In this document: positions 55,823-64,000 of the stretch, piece after piece
How positions within the stretch are numbered: position 1 is the stretch's first letter
Layout: each line of letters opens with the position of its first letter
Virus record (IMG/VR): IMGVR_UViG_3300006467_000282
Span: 18,032 to 82,031 of that record
Origin: a virus
Lineage: Duplodnaviria > Caudoviricetes
Length of the DNA stretch: 64,000 nt
Strand: one strand, 5' to 3'
Translations under genes and position numbers: made by a program
The notes under the pieces: generated by a model
What the model was told of the DNA's origin: nothing
Databases searched by the model: none
Seen by the model: the letters and a program-made list of their open reading frames with translations, nothing else

Positions 55823-56268
55823 AAGAACAAAAATACGCAATATATTTCATGGGTGCATCCTGGAAACAAGACGACTTAGATTATACTAATGGGACTGGTC
55901 ACTCCCGGATGTATGGAGTAGATCCTGGTATTGCTGCAGTTCGACAAAAAGCTATAGAATGGGTTGAAGATCTTTTGGAACAACCGAAATATAAAAATGT
56001 TAATGCTCAATTAGTAAGATTAGATTGTAGATTCGTTGAATATGAAACCTGGTGTCTCAACTGGTTTAATCATTATACTTATAATATCCATTTGACGGAT
56101 AGGGAACTGCTCGATTCTTTTGAAGATTTCGTTGAACGAAAACAATTGCAACAGCTGGAAGGATCTAACGAGGTGGCTTTAATGGGAGCAGATGATTATT
56201 GGCGATGGGAAGGTCCATGTAGATGTGACAAATGTCAGAAATACGGAAAAACTTATATAGACCATTAA
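55819..56268 (+). CDS. Hypothetical protein
   Basis: GGAGG RBS. Confidence 0.65.
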   Translation: MKEQKYAIYFMGASWKQDDLDYTNGTGHSRMYGVDPGIAAVRQKAIEWVEDLLEQPKYKNVNAQLVRLDCRFVEYETWCLNWFNHYTYNIHLTDRELLDSFEDFVERKQLQQLEGSNEVALMGADDYWRWEGPCRCDKCQKYGKTYIDH

Positions 56269-56283
56269 TTACCCGGAGGTAGT

Positions 56284-56457
56284 TTGAAAGAGAATACGTT
56301 TGCAAAAATGAATAGAACAAGCCTTTTCGAGCATATAAATGCTCTTGAAAAGATAAATGAAGATAAACAGAATATGATTGATTCTCTCGAACGATCTAAT
56401 AAAATGAAGAATAATATGATCGATAGATTAATCATAAAAAAGAATGGAGGAAAGTAA
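56284..56457 (+). CDS. Hypothetical protein (57 aa, TTG start)
   Basis: GGAGG RBS; TAATG coupling to thyX; not in the track. Confidence 0.45.
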   Translation: MKENTFAKMNRTSLFEHINALEKINEDKQNMIDSLERSNKMKNNMIDRLIIKKNGGK

Positions 56458-57092
56458 TGAAAGTCATTGAACAAAGTTTTGAAATTATTAGTTTGCCGGA
56501 AAATCTGCTTCAGACATTGGAAAAAGCAGGTAGAACATGTTACAAATCAGAAGATAAAATTACTGAAGATTCTGCAGCAAAATTCGTTGAAATGTTAATC
56601 AAACGGGGTCATCATGCAATGATTGAATTTGGGGATATCATTGTTAAGTGTATTACTAATCGTGGGGTTACTCATGAAATTGTAAGACATCGATTAAGTT
56701 CTTATGCACAGGAATCAACCCGATATGTTAATTATAAGGGCGGTATGGAATTTATAAGACCTGTTTGGATGAACAAGCTTTTAACTGATCCCGAATATGA
56801 TTCTTCATTTAAGAATCTTCCCGATAGTGATATAATATGGTTAAAAGCTATGGCACAATCTGAAAATTCATATCTTAATTTATTAGATGAAGGTTGGCGT
56901 CCAGAACAAGCACGAGAAGTATTGCCAAACTCATTAAAGACAGAAATTGTATGGAAAGCAAATATCCGGGAATGGAGACATATCTTCACCCTGAGAACAT
57001 CCCCAAAAGCACATCCACAAATGGTTGCTTTAATGACTCCTCTGCTGAAATATTTGCAGTCGGAAATTCCAGTAGTATTTGATGATTTATAA
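56457..57092 (+). CDS. thyX: Flavin-dependent thymidylate synthase
   Basis: RGHHAMIEF, RGVTHEIVRHRLSSYAQESTRY, ARE.LP, NIREWRH. Confidence 0.93.
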   Translation: MKVIEQSFEIISLPENLLQTLEKAGRTCYKSEDKITEDSAAKFVEMLIKRGHHAMIEFGDIIVKCITNRGVTHEIVRHRLSSYAQESTRYVNYKGGMEFIRPVWMNKLLTDPEYDSSFKNLPDSDIIWLKAMAQSENSYLNLLDEGWRPEQAREVLPNSLKTEIVWKANIREWRHIFTLRTSPKAHPQMVALMTPLLKYLQSEIPVVFDDL

Positions 57093-57169
57093 AAAAAGTT
57101 AAAAAAAGCGAAAAAAGTTCGATTTAGGGGTTTACAAAATAATTATTATACATTATAGTACTTACATGA
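57092..57169 (+). promoter_or_regulatory. Repeated early promoter copy 5
   Basis: -35 at 57131, -10 TATAGT at 57154. Confidence 0.85.
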
Positions 57170-57201
57170 TAAAAAATAAACAACACAAAAAGGAGACTAT
57201 A

Positions 57202-57495
57202 ATGAAAGAAATAATTTTAAATTCAAAAGTAATCGGAACATCAGAAGGTAAAGATATTGACGGCGAATATAGACTGATTATCTTTAACAAGAATGGAACT
57301 TTAGAAATCAGACCTGAACAAGCTTTTGATGGTGAGTTTAATGAATACTCTGGACTTCCAGCATGGCCACTTGATTCTTTTATGTCTCACGAGCACGACG
57401 AGCTTTATATTGATATGGGACAGAAATGGGGAATAAGAAATTTGACATATGCAAGAAAAGAAATCCTAAGCATTCAACAATCGGGAAGATTATAA
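57202..57495 (+). CDS. Hypothetical early protein
   Basis: AAGGAG RBS; start reset from 57166. Confidence 0.7.
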   Translation: MKEIILNSKVIGTSEGKDIDGEYRLIIFNKNGTLEIRPEQAFDGEFNEYSGLPAWPLDSFMSHEHDELYIDMGQKWGIRNLTYARKEILSIQQSGRL

Positions 57496-57505
57496 ATTGA
57501 ATTTT

Positions 57506-57533
57506 GATTGCCCCCGAATTATCGGGGGCAATC
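57506..57533. other. Perfect hairpin GATTGCCCCCGA-ATTA-TCGGGGGCAATC
   Basis: 12-bp stem; no T-run. Confidence 0.65.
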
Positions 57534-57565
57534 ATAAATAAAAAACCTAAATCGAGGAGATTAAA

Positions 57566-58048
57566 ATGACACATTTAAAAGTAAATCTAAAAGGTCAAGT
57601 AAAAAGAGAAATCAAAGAAATTATTGATGGAGATGATTTAGTAAGTAATTGGACAGTCTCAGAATTACATGGAATCATTAATAAAGAAATATCTTGTTCA
57701 GTTGATACAATAAGAACAGCAGTTTCAGAACTTGTTAATGAAGAATTTGTTATTAAATTGAAGGAGGAAAAGGGGCGTGGTTTTTACTACGTTAAATCGA
57801 TTGAAGAAGAAAAAGAAGAAAAAGAAGAAAAACCTGTTAAAAAATACGGGTGGCGAACAAAAGCTATTAGAAAGATATTCCGAGAAGCAGTAAAAGATCT
57901 TACAGTAATTTCTCGTTCAGCACTAATGGCAGAATTGGAATACGATAATGAGAGAGCGACTCATATCCTATTTAATAAAGTAGCACAAGCTGATCAAATG
58001 GAACTTTTATTCTGTTATGATCGAACACAAAGAACTTATAATTTTTAG
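57566..58048 (+). CDS. Winged-helix-like DNA-binding protein
   Basis: TVSELH...SVDTIRTAVSELVNEEFV...GFYYV. Confidence 0.6.
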   Translation: MTHLKVNLKGQVKREIKEIIDGDDLVSNWTVSELHGIINKEISCSVDTIRTAVSELVNEEFVIKLKEEKGRGFYYVKSIEEEKEEKEEKPVKKYGWRTKAIRKIFREAVKDLTVISRSALMAELEYDNERATHILFNKVAQADQMELLFCYDRTQRTYNF

Positions 58049-58061
58049 CAGAGGAGGCAGT

Positions 58062-58448
58062 ATGATTGTTAAGTATAAAACGCATAAAGAATTTGTAATA
58101 GATTATGATACTAAAAAGGAAACAGTCAAAGGGAAAATAATCTTTATTGAAGAAGATCCGGAGACTGTTTTCATTGTCGGGGCGAAAACACTTATAAAAT
58201 TGAATGCAATAGAATATGAAAATTTTCTGGAAAGGTTCTCGACATTAACCGAAATAAGATCTGTTAGTTATACATCGGGTATAATGCGCTATATAAAAGC
58301 CGAGACTATGCGTTTTGCTTTGGTTGTTCGATCTGCCAATGGTAAACAAGAGGTATTGGACGCCGTGGATAAAGCATCAGAAGATATGTTCTATTTGGTA
58401 AAGGAACTTACTCCAGAACCCGCAAAGGAGGACAGTGATGGAGAATGA
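58062..58448 (+). CDS. Hypothetical protein
   Basis: GAGGAGG RBS; start reset from 58017. Confidence 0.65.
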   Translation: MIVKYKTHKEFVIDYDTKKETVKGKIIFIEEDPETVFIVGAKTLIKLNAIEYENFLERFSTLTEIRSVSYTSGIMRYIKAETMRFALVVRSANGKQEVLDAVDKASEDMFYLVKELTPEPAKEDSDGE

Positions 58449-59784
58449 ATCATCTGCAGAAAATATAAAAACACTCGATGAAATAGTAAAGGAAGATGAA
58501 AAATTTTTATCCATCCCAGAACATTTACTATCTCCGGGGGGATTCTTGGAAGAATATATGCGATATTATGAAGCTAATTCAGTCTATCATTATCCTGAAT
58601 TAGCTCTAATGACTTCCCTGGTTGTAATGGGAACTGTTTTTGGTAATCGTATAACTACTGAAACTGGCCTAAGAACAAATATGATGCTGGCAGTTCTTGC
58701 TCCACCAGGGTTTGGTAAGAATCCATCCTTAGAAACAGCATCACGATTTTTTAATCCTACATCACTTGATCATATGGGAAATTCTTCCAATTCAAAATTA
58801 GTTAATCTATATACTGCTAAAAGATTATTGGGAGCAACTTCCTTCACAAGCAAAGAAGCTATTCTATTTGATCTTAATGAATATCCGACTAAATTATTAG
58901 TCATTGATGAAGCAGGTCATATCTTTAAACAAATCAAATCCAGCACTAAAATGCAGGGAGTACCTGCAATATTGAATGATTTGTTTACAAAAACAGGTCA
59001 TATCTATAAAAAAGTATTACGGAAAGGTAAAAAGCGTGTTAATGTAGAAATATCTTGTCCACACTTATCTGTTATACTTGCAGCAACACCTAAATCTTTT
59101 TGGCCAAGCATTGATTATTCCGATTTTGAAATGGGATTTATTCCCCGAATTCTCATCATGCAATTATCGGAAAAAGCTGAAAGAAAAGATTTGTCAGAAT
59201 TCGATTTGGATAAGTTCAGGAAAGAAGTGTTCGATTATAGTTACATCCACAAATACCAGGATCCTACTATAATTGGGAAGAGTAAAGAAGCATCAGAATA
59301 TTTCTATAAATGGGCAGATAACTTGGAACATGCATATAAAATGGATACTTTCCAATATGCGGCAACAACTCGTGTTGCTGAATATGCAAGTAAATTTGCT
59401 ATTCTCCACGCTGTTTCAAGGAAAAGAGGAGTAGTTGGATTAGATTCTGTTAAATGGGCGATTGAATTGTCTATGTATCTATTGGATGTAAAATTAAATA
59501 ATAGTGAAGAGCACATGAAACAGAGTAAATTCACGCAGAGTGTTAACGAATTCTATAAAAGAATGGTACAATCAATGAAAAGGCGGAAGAAAAATCATTT
59601 GACAAGTACAGACCTTAGCCGGGAATTTGGAACAATCTGGCATAGTCCTGTGAGAGCTGATATGCTAAAAACACTAATTGAATCTGAAAAGATAATACTT
59701 GTTAAGAGTAACGAGGGAAGCAGAAGAAAACCACAAAAGCAGTACTATCTTTATACTAAAAGAAGATTAGGGGGAGCAAAATGA
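58435..59784 (+). CDS. DUF3987/YfjI-like P-loop ATPase
   Basis: GLRTNMMLAVLAPPGFGK, IDEAG, CPHLSVILAATP, GFIPR. Confidence 0.7.
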   Translation: MMENESSAENIKTLDEIVKEDEKFLSIPEHLLSPGGFLEEYMRYYEANSVYHYPELALMTSLVVMGTVFGNRITTETGLRTNMMLAVLAPPGFGKNPSLETASRFFNPTSLDHMGNSSNSKLVNLYTAKRLLGATSFTSKEAILFDLNEYPTKLLVIDEAGHIFKQIKSSTKMQGVPAILNDLFTKTGHIYKKVLRKGKKRVNVEISCPHLSVILAATPKSFWPSIDYSDFEMGFIPRILIMQLSEKAERKDLSEFDLDKFRKEVFDYSYIHKYQDPTIIGKSKEASEYFYKWADNLEHAYKMDTFQYAATTRVAEYASKFAILHAVSRKRGVVGLDSVKWAIELSMYLLDVKLNNSEEHMKQSKFTQSVNEFYKRMVQSMKRRKKNHLTSTDLSREFGTIWHSPVRADMLKTLIESEKIILVKSNEGSRRKPQKQYYLYTKRRLGGAK

Positions 59785-60149
59785 CAAAAAAGAAAAATTT
59801 ATCCGACATAACTGATGAGTTAATACAATTAGGTTATCGAATTATAGTATGTCGTGGAAAAATGGCGTTCGGAGAAGACGTGGACGACAAGATTAATGAG
59901 CCGGAACAAAATAGAATCCTGGATTTAATTAAGCCATTAATAAAAGATTCTGAACATACTAAAAAAGTTCAAGCAGATTCAGTAAAAGATGTTGTTACAA
60001 TGTTGAGTAATGGTAAAATCACTGTAACTGAAGCAATAAAATTTATGACTCTGATTAAATCGAAACTTGAAGTCGAAGAAAAAGAAATAAGCGTTCAATT
60101 ACAAAAAACTGTTTCTGGTCTTATCACTGGTATGGAAGATAAGTCATAA
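59781..60149 (+). CDS. Hypothetical protein
   Basis: ATGA coupling; last plus-strand gene. Confidence 0.7.
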   Translation: MTKKKNLSDITDELIQLGYRIIVCRGKMAFGEDVDDKINEPEQNRILDLIKPLIKDSEHTKKVQADSVKDVVTMLSNGKITVTEAIKFMTLIKSKLEVEEKEISVQLQKTVSGLITGMEDKS

Positions 60150-60163
60150 CAATATAATACAGT

Positions 60164-60195
60164 ACATATGAGAGATTCATTGATCTCTCATATGT
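60164..60195. terminator. 13-bp hairpin at the convergence of the two transcription arms
   Basis: ACATATGAGAGAT/ATCTCTCATATGT. Confidence 0.7.
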
Positions 60196-60208
60196 TAGCA
60201 TTAGTTTT

Positions 60209-60565
60209 CTATAAATTAGCTGAAATCAAGTAATACCGAAGCGTATTTGTATCGATTATTACAGTATTACCTACTATTAAAGTTATGAAATTATTTAATA
60301 CCCCTAAAGTAAAAGTTAAACTCATAGGAGTACCAATGGCAGTTCGAGTCACATCTAATTCTGAACTGATAATACCGTTGCTTACTACTTCAATATTTAG
60401 CTTTTCAATTTTTGTTCCATCAGTTATTCTGCCAATAAGAGATGTTGAATTATATAGGGTTGCATCATATAAAGTAAGAACTTCTGTATCCGTAAATACT
60501 GCTTGATTAATTTGATGATCCAAGAAATCATGAATACTATGATTGCTATGTATTGGAATAGTCAT
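60209..60565 (-). CDS. Hypothetical protein at the end of the virion operon
   Basis: GGAGG RBS. Confidence 0.65.
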   Translation of the reverse strand: MTIPIHSNHSIHDFLDHQINQAVFTDTEVLTLYDATLYNSTSLIGRITDGTKIEKLNIEVVSNGIISSELDVTRTAIGTPMSLTFTLGVLNNFITLIVGNTVIIDTNTLRYYLISANL

Positions 60566-60643
60566 CTTTCCTCCAAATTATTTTCTATTGTCACCAGTCA
60601 TTAACCTTAAATCCGCAATTGTAATAGTCATGACTATCCTTTT

Positions 60644-60814
60644 TTACTCGCTTTTAATAGTGTCTTCTTTAATTTGCTTTTGCTTCAATTTTTCATTACA
60701 TTTGTTAATAATGCTTTCTGATAAAATCACAGCTCGACTTTGGCCTGTTTTAAAACTTACTTGTTGTAAAATCTGACCAATAAACCCAAGCTCCTCCAGT
60801 GTGAATTCTTCCAT
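60644..60814 (-). CDS. Small protein after the tail fibre (56 aa; possible fibre chaperone)
   Basis: AGGAG RBS; MEEFTLEELGFIGQILQQV...; not in the track. Confidence 0.55.
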   Translation of the reverse strand: MEEFTLEELGFIGQILQQVSFKTGQSRAVILSESIINKCNEKLKQKQIKEDTIKSE

Positions 60815-60850
60815 TTTGTTCTCCTTTTTTTAATTAATTATTATGTTATA

Positions 60851-63800
60851 CTACAATGAAAAATCAGTTATAGTTATAGTTGATCCTGTTAGTGTTGCTT
60901 TTACCTCCAATCTGAACTCATCCCCGGGATTAAGGAAAGCAGAACAGTTTAATGATGCTGCACCCGTAACAGTTGATATACTTCTTTTAACCGTATGCGG
61001 ATCAAAAGCAGGTGTTCCAGTTGTTTTAAACAGTCTAAATTGATGCTCTACAGCGCCACCACCTTTAAGCATTGAAATAGATGGTGTAAATTTTATAGTA
61101 AGTGGATCAAGCCCTTCATATCGTATTAAACCAGTAACATCATCAAGTAATGCAAAGTTCTGATTTGTATTACCAGTTACAAGAGCACTTCCAGTAGTAC
61201 CAAACGCAACAGCTCCCCAACCTGTAGTTGTGGTTGTTGTTGTCCCATTATCCGCAACATTAAACGATGGCGCTGGATTACTGTCTTGCTGTGTACCATT
61301 ATTGAAGCTGGTCACATATTTGCTTGAATGATCTAATGAACCATCATTCCATGTTCCACTTGTTTCTGCAGTATGCCACTCCATGTTAGCTTGGAATGAA
61401 CCAGCAAGCACATTATAGATACAGCTACCATGATTATATTCCATGGTGTCGGTTATCAGTATATCATCACCTTCAGATAATCCATGTGCTGCTGAAGTTA
61501 CAGTAACTGAATCAGATACAAAACTACCAGTATCAGCACCGTTGTAATCAACATCAGTTTCAAAATAACCTGCGCCAGTCGCTGTGATTGTTGCCGTTAC
61601 ATTGTCATAATTTGTAAACGTAGACATCACAACTTTTTGGCCAACATAGAGGGTTGGAGGAGCAGAAAAATTAAATCTCGCAGTACCAGAATTATCTGTA
61701 ACACTCGTTACTGCTTCTGCTGCAACTGAAGCATCTGCAAAAAGAGTTATTGCCCCTGTATCACCTGTTGTAAAGAATGATTGTCCATCAGCTAAAGTTA
61801 CACCTAAACAAGTAATTGGAGCTTCAGTGATAGGAGAAATATACAAGAAGTCAGAAGTTGCACTTGCCATTGTTACTTCAGTAGCTTCTATTACACCTGC
61901 TTTTCCCATTCCAATAACACTAAGCATTGGTCCAACAGCGTCATCTGAATCATAAAAGAATGAAATATCAATATGAATATTGCCAGGATTTACTAATGTT
62001 AATCCAGTTTTAAAACCTTGGAATAAAGACCTTGTGGAAATGAACCTTGCCCCTAATAATGGGTCAGTTACAGATGGAGCCACAATTGTACCTAATGAAC
62101 AATTATCACCTGTGGTCATTAGGGTAGAATAATCCATACCCCAGCCACCTGCAGTGATATCAAACATGGTTGCATTATCACCAGTCATCTTCCAAGTCAT
62201 TCCATTACCCACGCAACGAATAGTTCCTTCACCATAAATCCAAGGGTCTGTTCCTGAGTAAGTCTGTGAAGTAACAAAAACATCAGTTCCTTCAAATAAG
62301 GCATAAGCATCATTCTCAAGTTTCAATCGAGTTGTTCCCCAATCAATCTCTTGCATGAATCTGTAAAGCTTATACTCTGGAATTACATCTCCTGTTCCAC
62401 CAACTCGTGGCATATCATCAAGTGACCATACTTCAACTACTTCTGGGCCATTTGTTGCAACTTCTCTTGCATCTTTGATATAAAGGCTATTATTTACACT
62501 TGCTCCTGTAGTCGCTGTAAGTAATGGAGTTTCAGCAGTTTTAAGATAAGGCTTAGAACCAGCCCCGTCTGAAATTTGCAAGCCCCAAACTTCAAAGACT
62601 GCTGGGGCATGTGCTTCAAAAACAAATAGATCAAACCACGCCCCACCCGCCCCTTGAACAATATCTGAGTCAAATCGTTTCCATCTTGAATCAGCAATCC
62701 ATGCGTCTGTGTTATCTGTATCTAATCTTGCTGTAAGTTGAGTTCCACCGCTAACGTGTCGAACCCATCCACTCACATTATAGGTATCGTCTTCAATAAG
62801 TCCCAACGACCCTTGTCTAATCAATCCAGCACCAGGACCACCGAAAGAAAGAGTATCAGCAGTCATTGTTCCGTCAGGAGCAATTGCATTATTAGCTGTT
62901 ACGACAGGAGGGTTTGTTGATCCAGGAACCCATTCAGCATTATCTAATTCCTGCGAATAAGCTAAACGGTTTTGGATTTGACCTCTACCACCATACGGAG
63001 TATTAGTTGAATTAACTATTTCAGCATGAGCTGGTTTAACGATTAAAGCGTGGTCTTCAAATCCGTTCGCATCTGTAGCACCAAATATAATATGAGCATA
63101 GTCTGCTGAGTAGTCATCGTTTTTAAACAATATGCCAGCAGCTATATTTGTTGCGCCACGATTAACCAAGCTTGTATAAGTATCATCAGCAGTGTTATGG
63201 TTATGCATTTCAATACCAGCACGCAATGCCCAATTATCTGTACTTGAATTGCTAATATGCAGATCCATACCATTTGTGTCATCAAGAATAAAATTGTCAG
63301 TTGTGCCCACCAGAGAGTTACCTAAATTTATCTTGAATCTATCATCATCATCATTATCAATACCCATTACCCAACGTGTACCGCCAGTTAACAAGAATTG
63401 TAGCATTGCATCTCCACCACCATCTTGCTCAATAGTGATTCCACCACCTGTTCCAGTAACAGCATCGTCTTGATAAACGTGAAGTTTAGAAGCTGGGTCT
63501 GATACTGTACCAACAGAAAGTGAGTTTGTAATCTTAGTTTCACCTGTTGTATTAATTACAAACCTTGTATCTGAGCCTAAATTAATACTTGAAGCTATCT
63601 CAAAAGCGTCGCCTCCAGCATTAGAAAGTCCCATTACCCAACGTTGACCACTAGTTAACAAGAACTGAGCAATTGCATCGCCAGTTCCTCCTTGTTCTAT
63701 AGTTAAACCTGCTTGATCTCCTGTCTCATTATCACTTTGATAAACGTGTAATTTAGAATCAGGCGCTATGCCAATTCCAACTTCATTATCTGGATTTATT

Positions 63801-64000
63801 TGAATAGCTGCTGCGGTGGATAAGAATCCACCATACTCTAATTTAAAAAGATCAGAATCACTATTATCAATACCTGCTAAATAACGTACACCACCTGATA
63901 GATGCCATTGAGCCAGAGCATCGCCTGTTCCATCCTGCTCAATGGTTAATCCTATGGAAGAACCGACTGTTGTGGTATCATCATAAACATGGAGGGTAGA
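60851..64000 (-). CDS. Tail fibre / receptor-binding-like virion protein (at least 1049 aa, 5' end outside the window)
   Basis: The track translation matches the reverse complement, so the track's '+' is wrong. The frame is open to 64000. Three LHVY...TIEQ.G.GDA repeats. Confidence 0.75.
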   Translation of the reverse strand, partial: STLHVYDDTTTVGSSIGLTIEQDGTGDALAQWHLSGGVRYLAGIDNSDSDLFKLEYGGFLSTAAAIQINPDNEVGIGIAPDSKLHVYQSDNETGDQAGLTIEQGGTGDAIAQFLLTSGQRWVMGLSNAGGDAFEIASSINLGSDTRFVINTTGETKITNSLSVGTVSDPASKLHVYQDDAVTGTGGGITIEQDGGGDAMLQFLLTGGTRWVMGIDNDDDDRFKINLGNSLVGTTDNFILDDTNGMDLHISNSSTDNWALRAGIEMHNHNTADDTYTSLVNRGATNIAAGILFKNDDYSADYAHIIFGATDANGFEDHALIVKPAHAEIVNSTNTPYGGRGQIQNRLAYSQELDNAEWVPGSTNPPVVTANNAIAPDGTMTADTLSFGGPGAGLIRQGSLGLIEDDTYNVSGWVRHVSGGTQLTARLDTDNTDAWIADSRWKRFDSDIVQGAGGAWFDLFVFEAHAPAVFEVWGLQISDGAGSKPYLKTAETPLLTATTGASVNNSLYIKDAREVATNGPEVVEVWSLDDMPRVGGTGDVIPEYKLYRFMQEIDWGTTRLKLENDAYALFEGTDVFVTSQTYSGTDPWIYGEGTIRCVGNGMTWKMTGDNATMFDITAGGWGMDYSTLMTTGDNCSLGTIVAPSVTDPLLGARFISTRSLFQGFKTGLTLVNPGNIHIDISFFYDSDDAVGPMLSVIGMGKAGVIEATEVTMASATSDFLYISPITEAPITCLGVTLADGQSFFTTGDTGAITLFADASVAAEAVTSVTDNSGTARFNFSAPPTLYVGQKVVMSTFTNYDNVTATITATGAGYFETDVDYNGADTGSFVSDSVTVTSAAHGLSEGDDILITDTMEYNHGSCIYNVLAGSFQANMEWHTAETSGTWNDGSLDHSSKYVTSFNNGTQQDSNPAPSFNVADNGTTTTTTTGWGAVAFGTTGSALVTGNTNQNFALLDDVTGLIRYEGLDPLTIKFTPSISMLKGGGAVEHQFRLFKTTGTPAFDPHTVKRSISTVTGAASLNCSAFLNPGDEFRLEVKATLTGSTITITDFSL

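Noticed and set aside
42131-57169. Repeated elements as a CRISPR array or attachment sites
   Set aside because: They are 1.5-5.5 kb apart, separated by genes, and have -35/-10 geometry. No cas gene or integrase was seen.
18366-59534. Minus-strand and alternate-frame track ORFs inside the plus-strand arm (e.g. 20054, 25886, 30692, 31499, 35259, 38262, 51230, 53121, 56732, 59304)
   Set aside because: They are shadow ORFs of tightly packed, RBS-led plus-strand genes.
60580-60631. Tiny minus-strand ORF MTITIADLRLMTGDNRK
   Set aside because: 17 aa with a weak RBS and no supporting feature.
60851-63661. ORF-track call of a 936-aa protein on the + strand
   Set aside because: The listed protein is the reverse-complement translation (TTG at 63661, TAG at 60851-60853), and the frame stays open to 64000.
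1-64000. Stop-codon reassignment, diversity-generating retroelement, introns or inteins
   Set aside because: Genes are full length and tightly packed under code 11. No reverse transcriptase was seen, and no intein or intron interruption in PolA, TerL, primase or helicase.

Overview
This window is about 64 kb of a low-GC, tailed dsDNA phage genome. I found no integrase, repressor, tRNA or CRISPR array, so it is probably lytic; the host cannot be identified from the sequence. The left arm (1-17.6 kb, minus strand) carries a J-domain protein, a primase-helicase, a 1.1-kb non-coding region, the terminases, an HK97-type portal, a Mu-F-like protein, a three-domain prohead protease, the major capsid protein, three tandem paralogous capsid-decoration-like genes and head-tail genes. 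It ends in an ORF of at least 688 aa that the ORF track misses. The middle and right (17.75-60.15 kb, plus strand) carry a SNF2 helicase, an SSB-like protein, nucleotide-metabolism and DNA-modification genes, family A DNA polymerase, a nuclease, a lysis pair, ThyX and many small early genes behind repeated GGGGTTTACA-N17-TATAGT promoters. The right edge (60.2-64 kb, minus strand) holds a large tail-fibre-like gene; the track marks it '+', but its translation comes from the minus strand. Both window edges cut minus-strand virion genes, so the genome probably continues and is circularly permuted around the tail module (inference). The two best candidates for new biology are: (1) a T4-like cytosine-replacement pathway (dCMP-type thymidylate-synthase homolog with Asp at the specificity site, dNMP kinase, all-alpha dCTPase/dUTPase, dCMP deaminase, a separate ThyX) in which an asparagine-synthetase-like amidotransferase and an amino-methyltransferase sit where a glycosyltransferase would be expected; and (2) a 74-aa protein ending in PPIAGG, resembling a ubiquitin-like beta-grasp protein, coupled to a Cys-x-His partner. 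All family assignments come from motif recognition by eye; no database searches were run.
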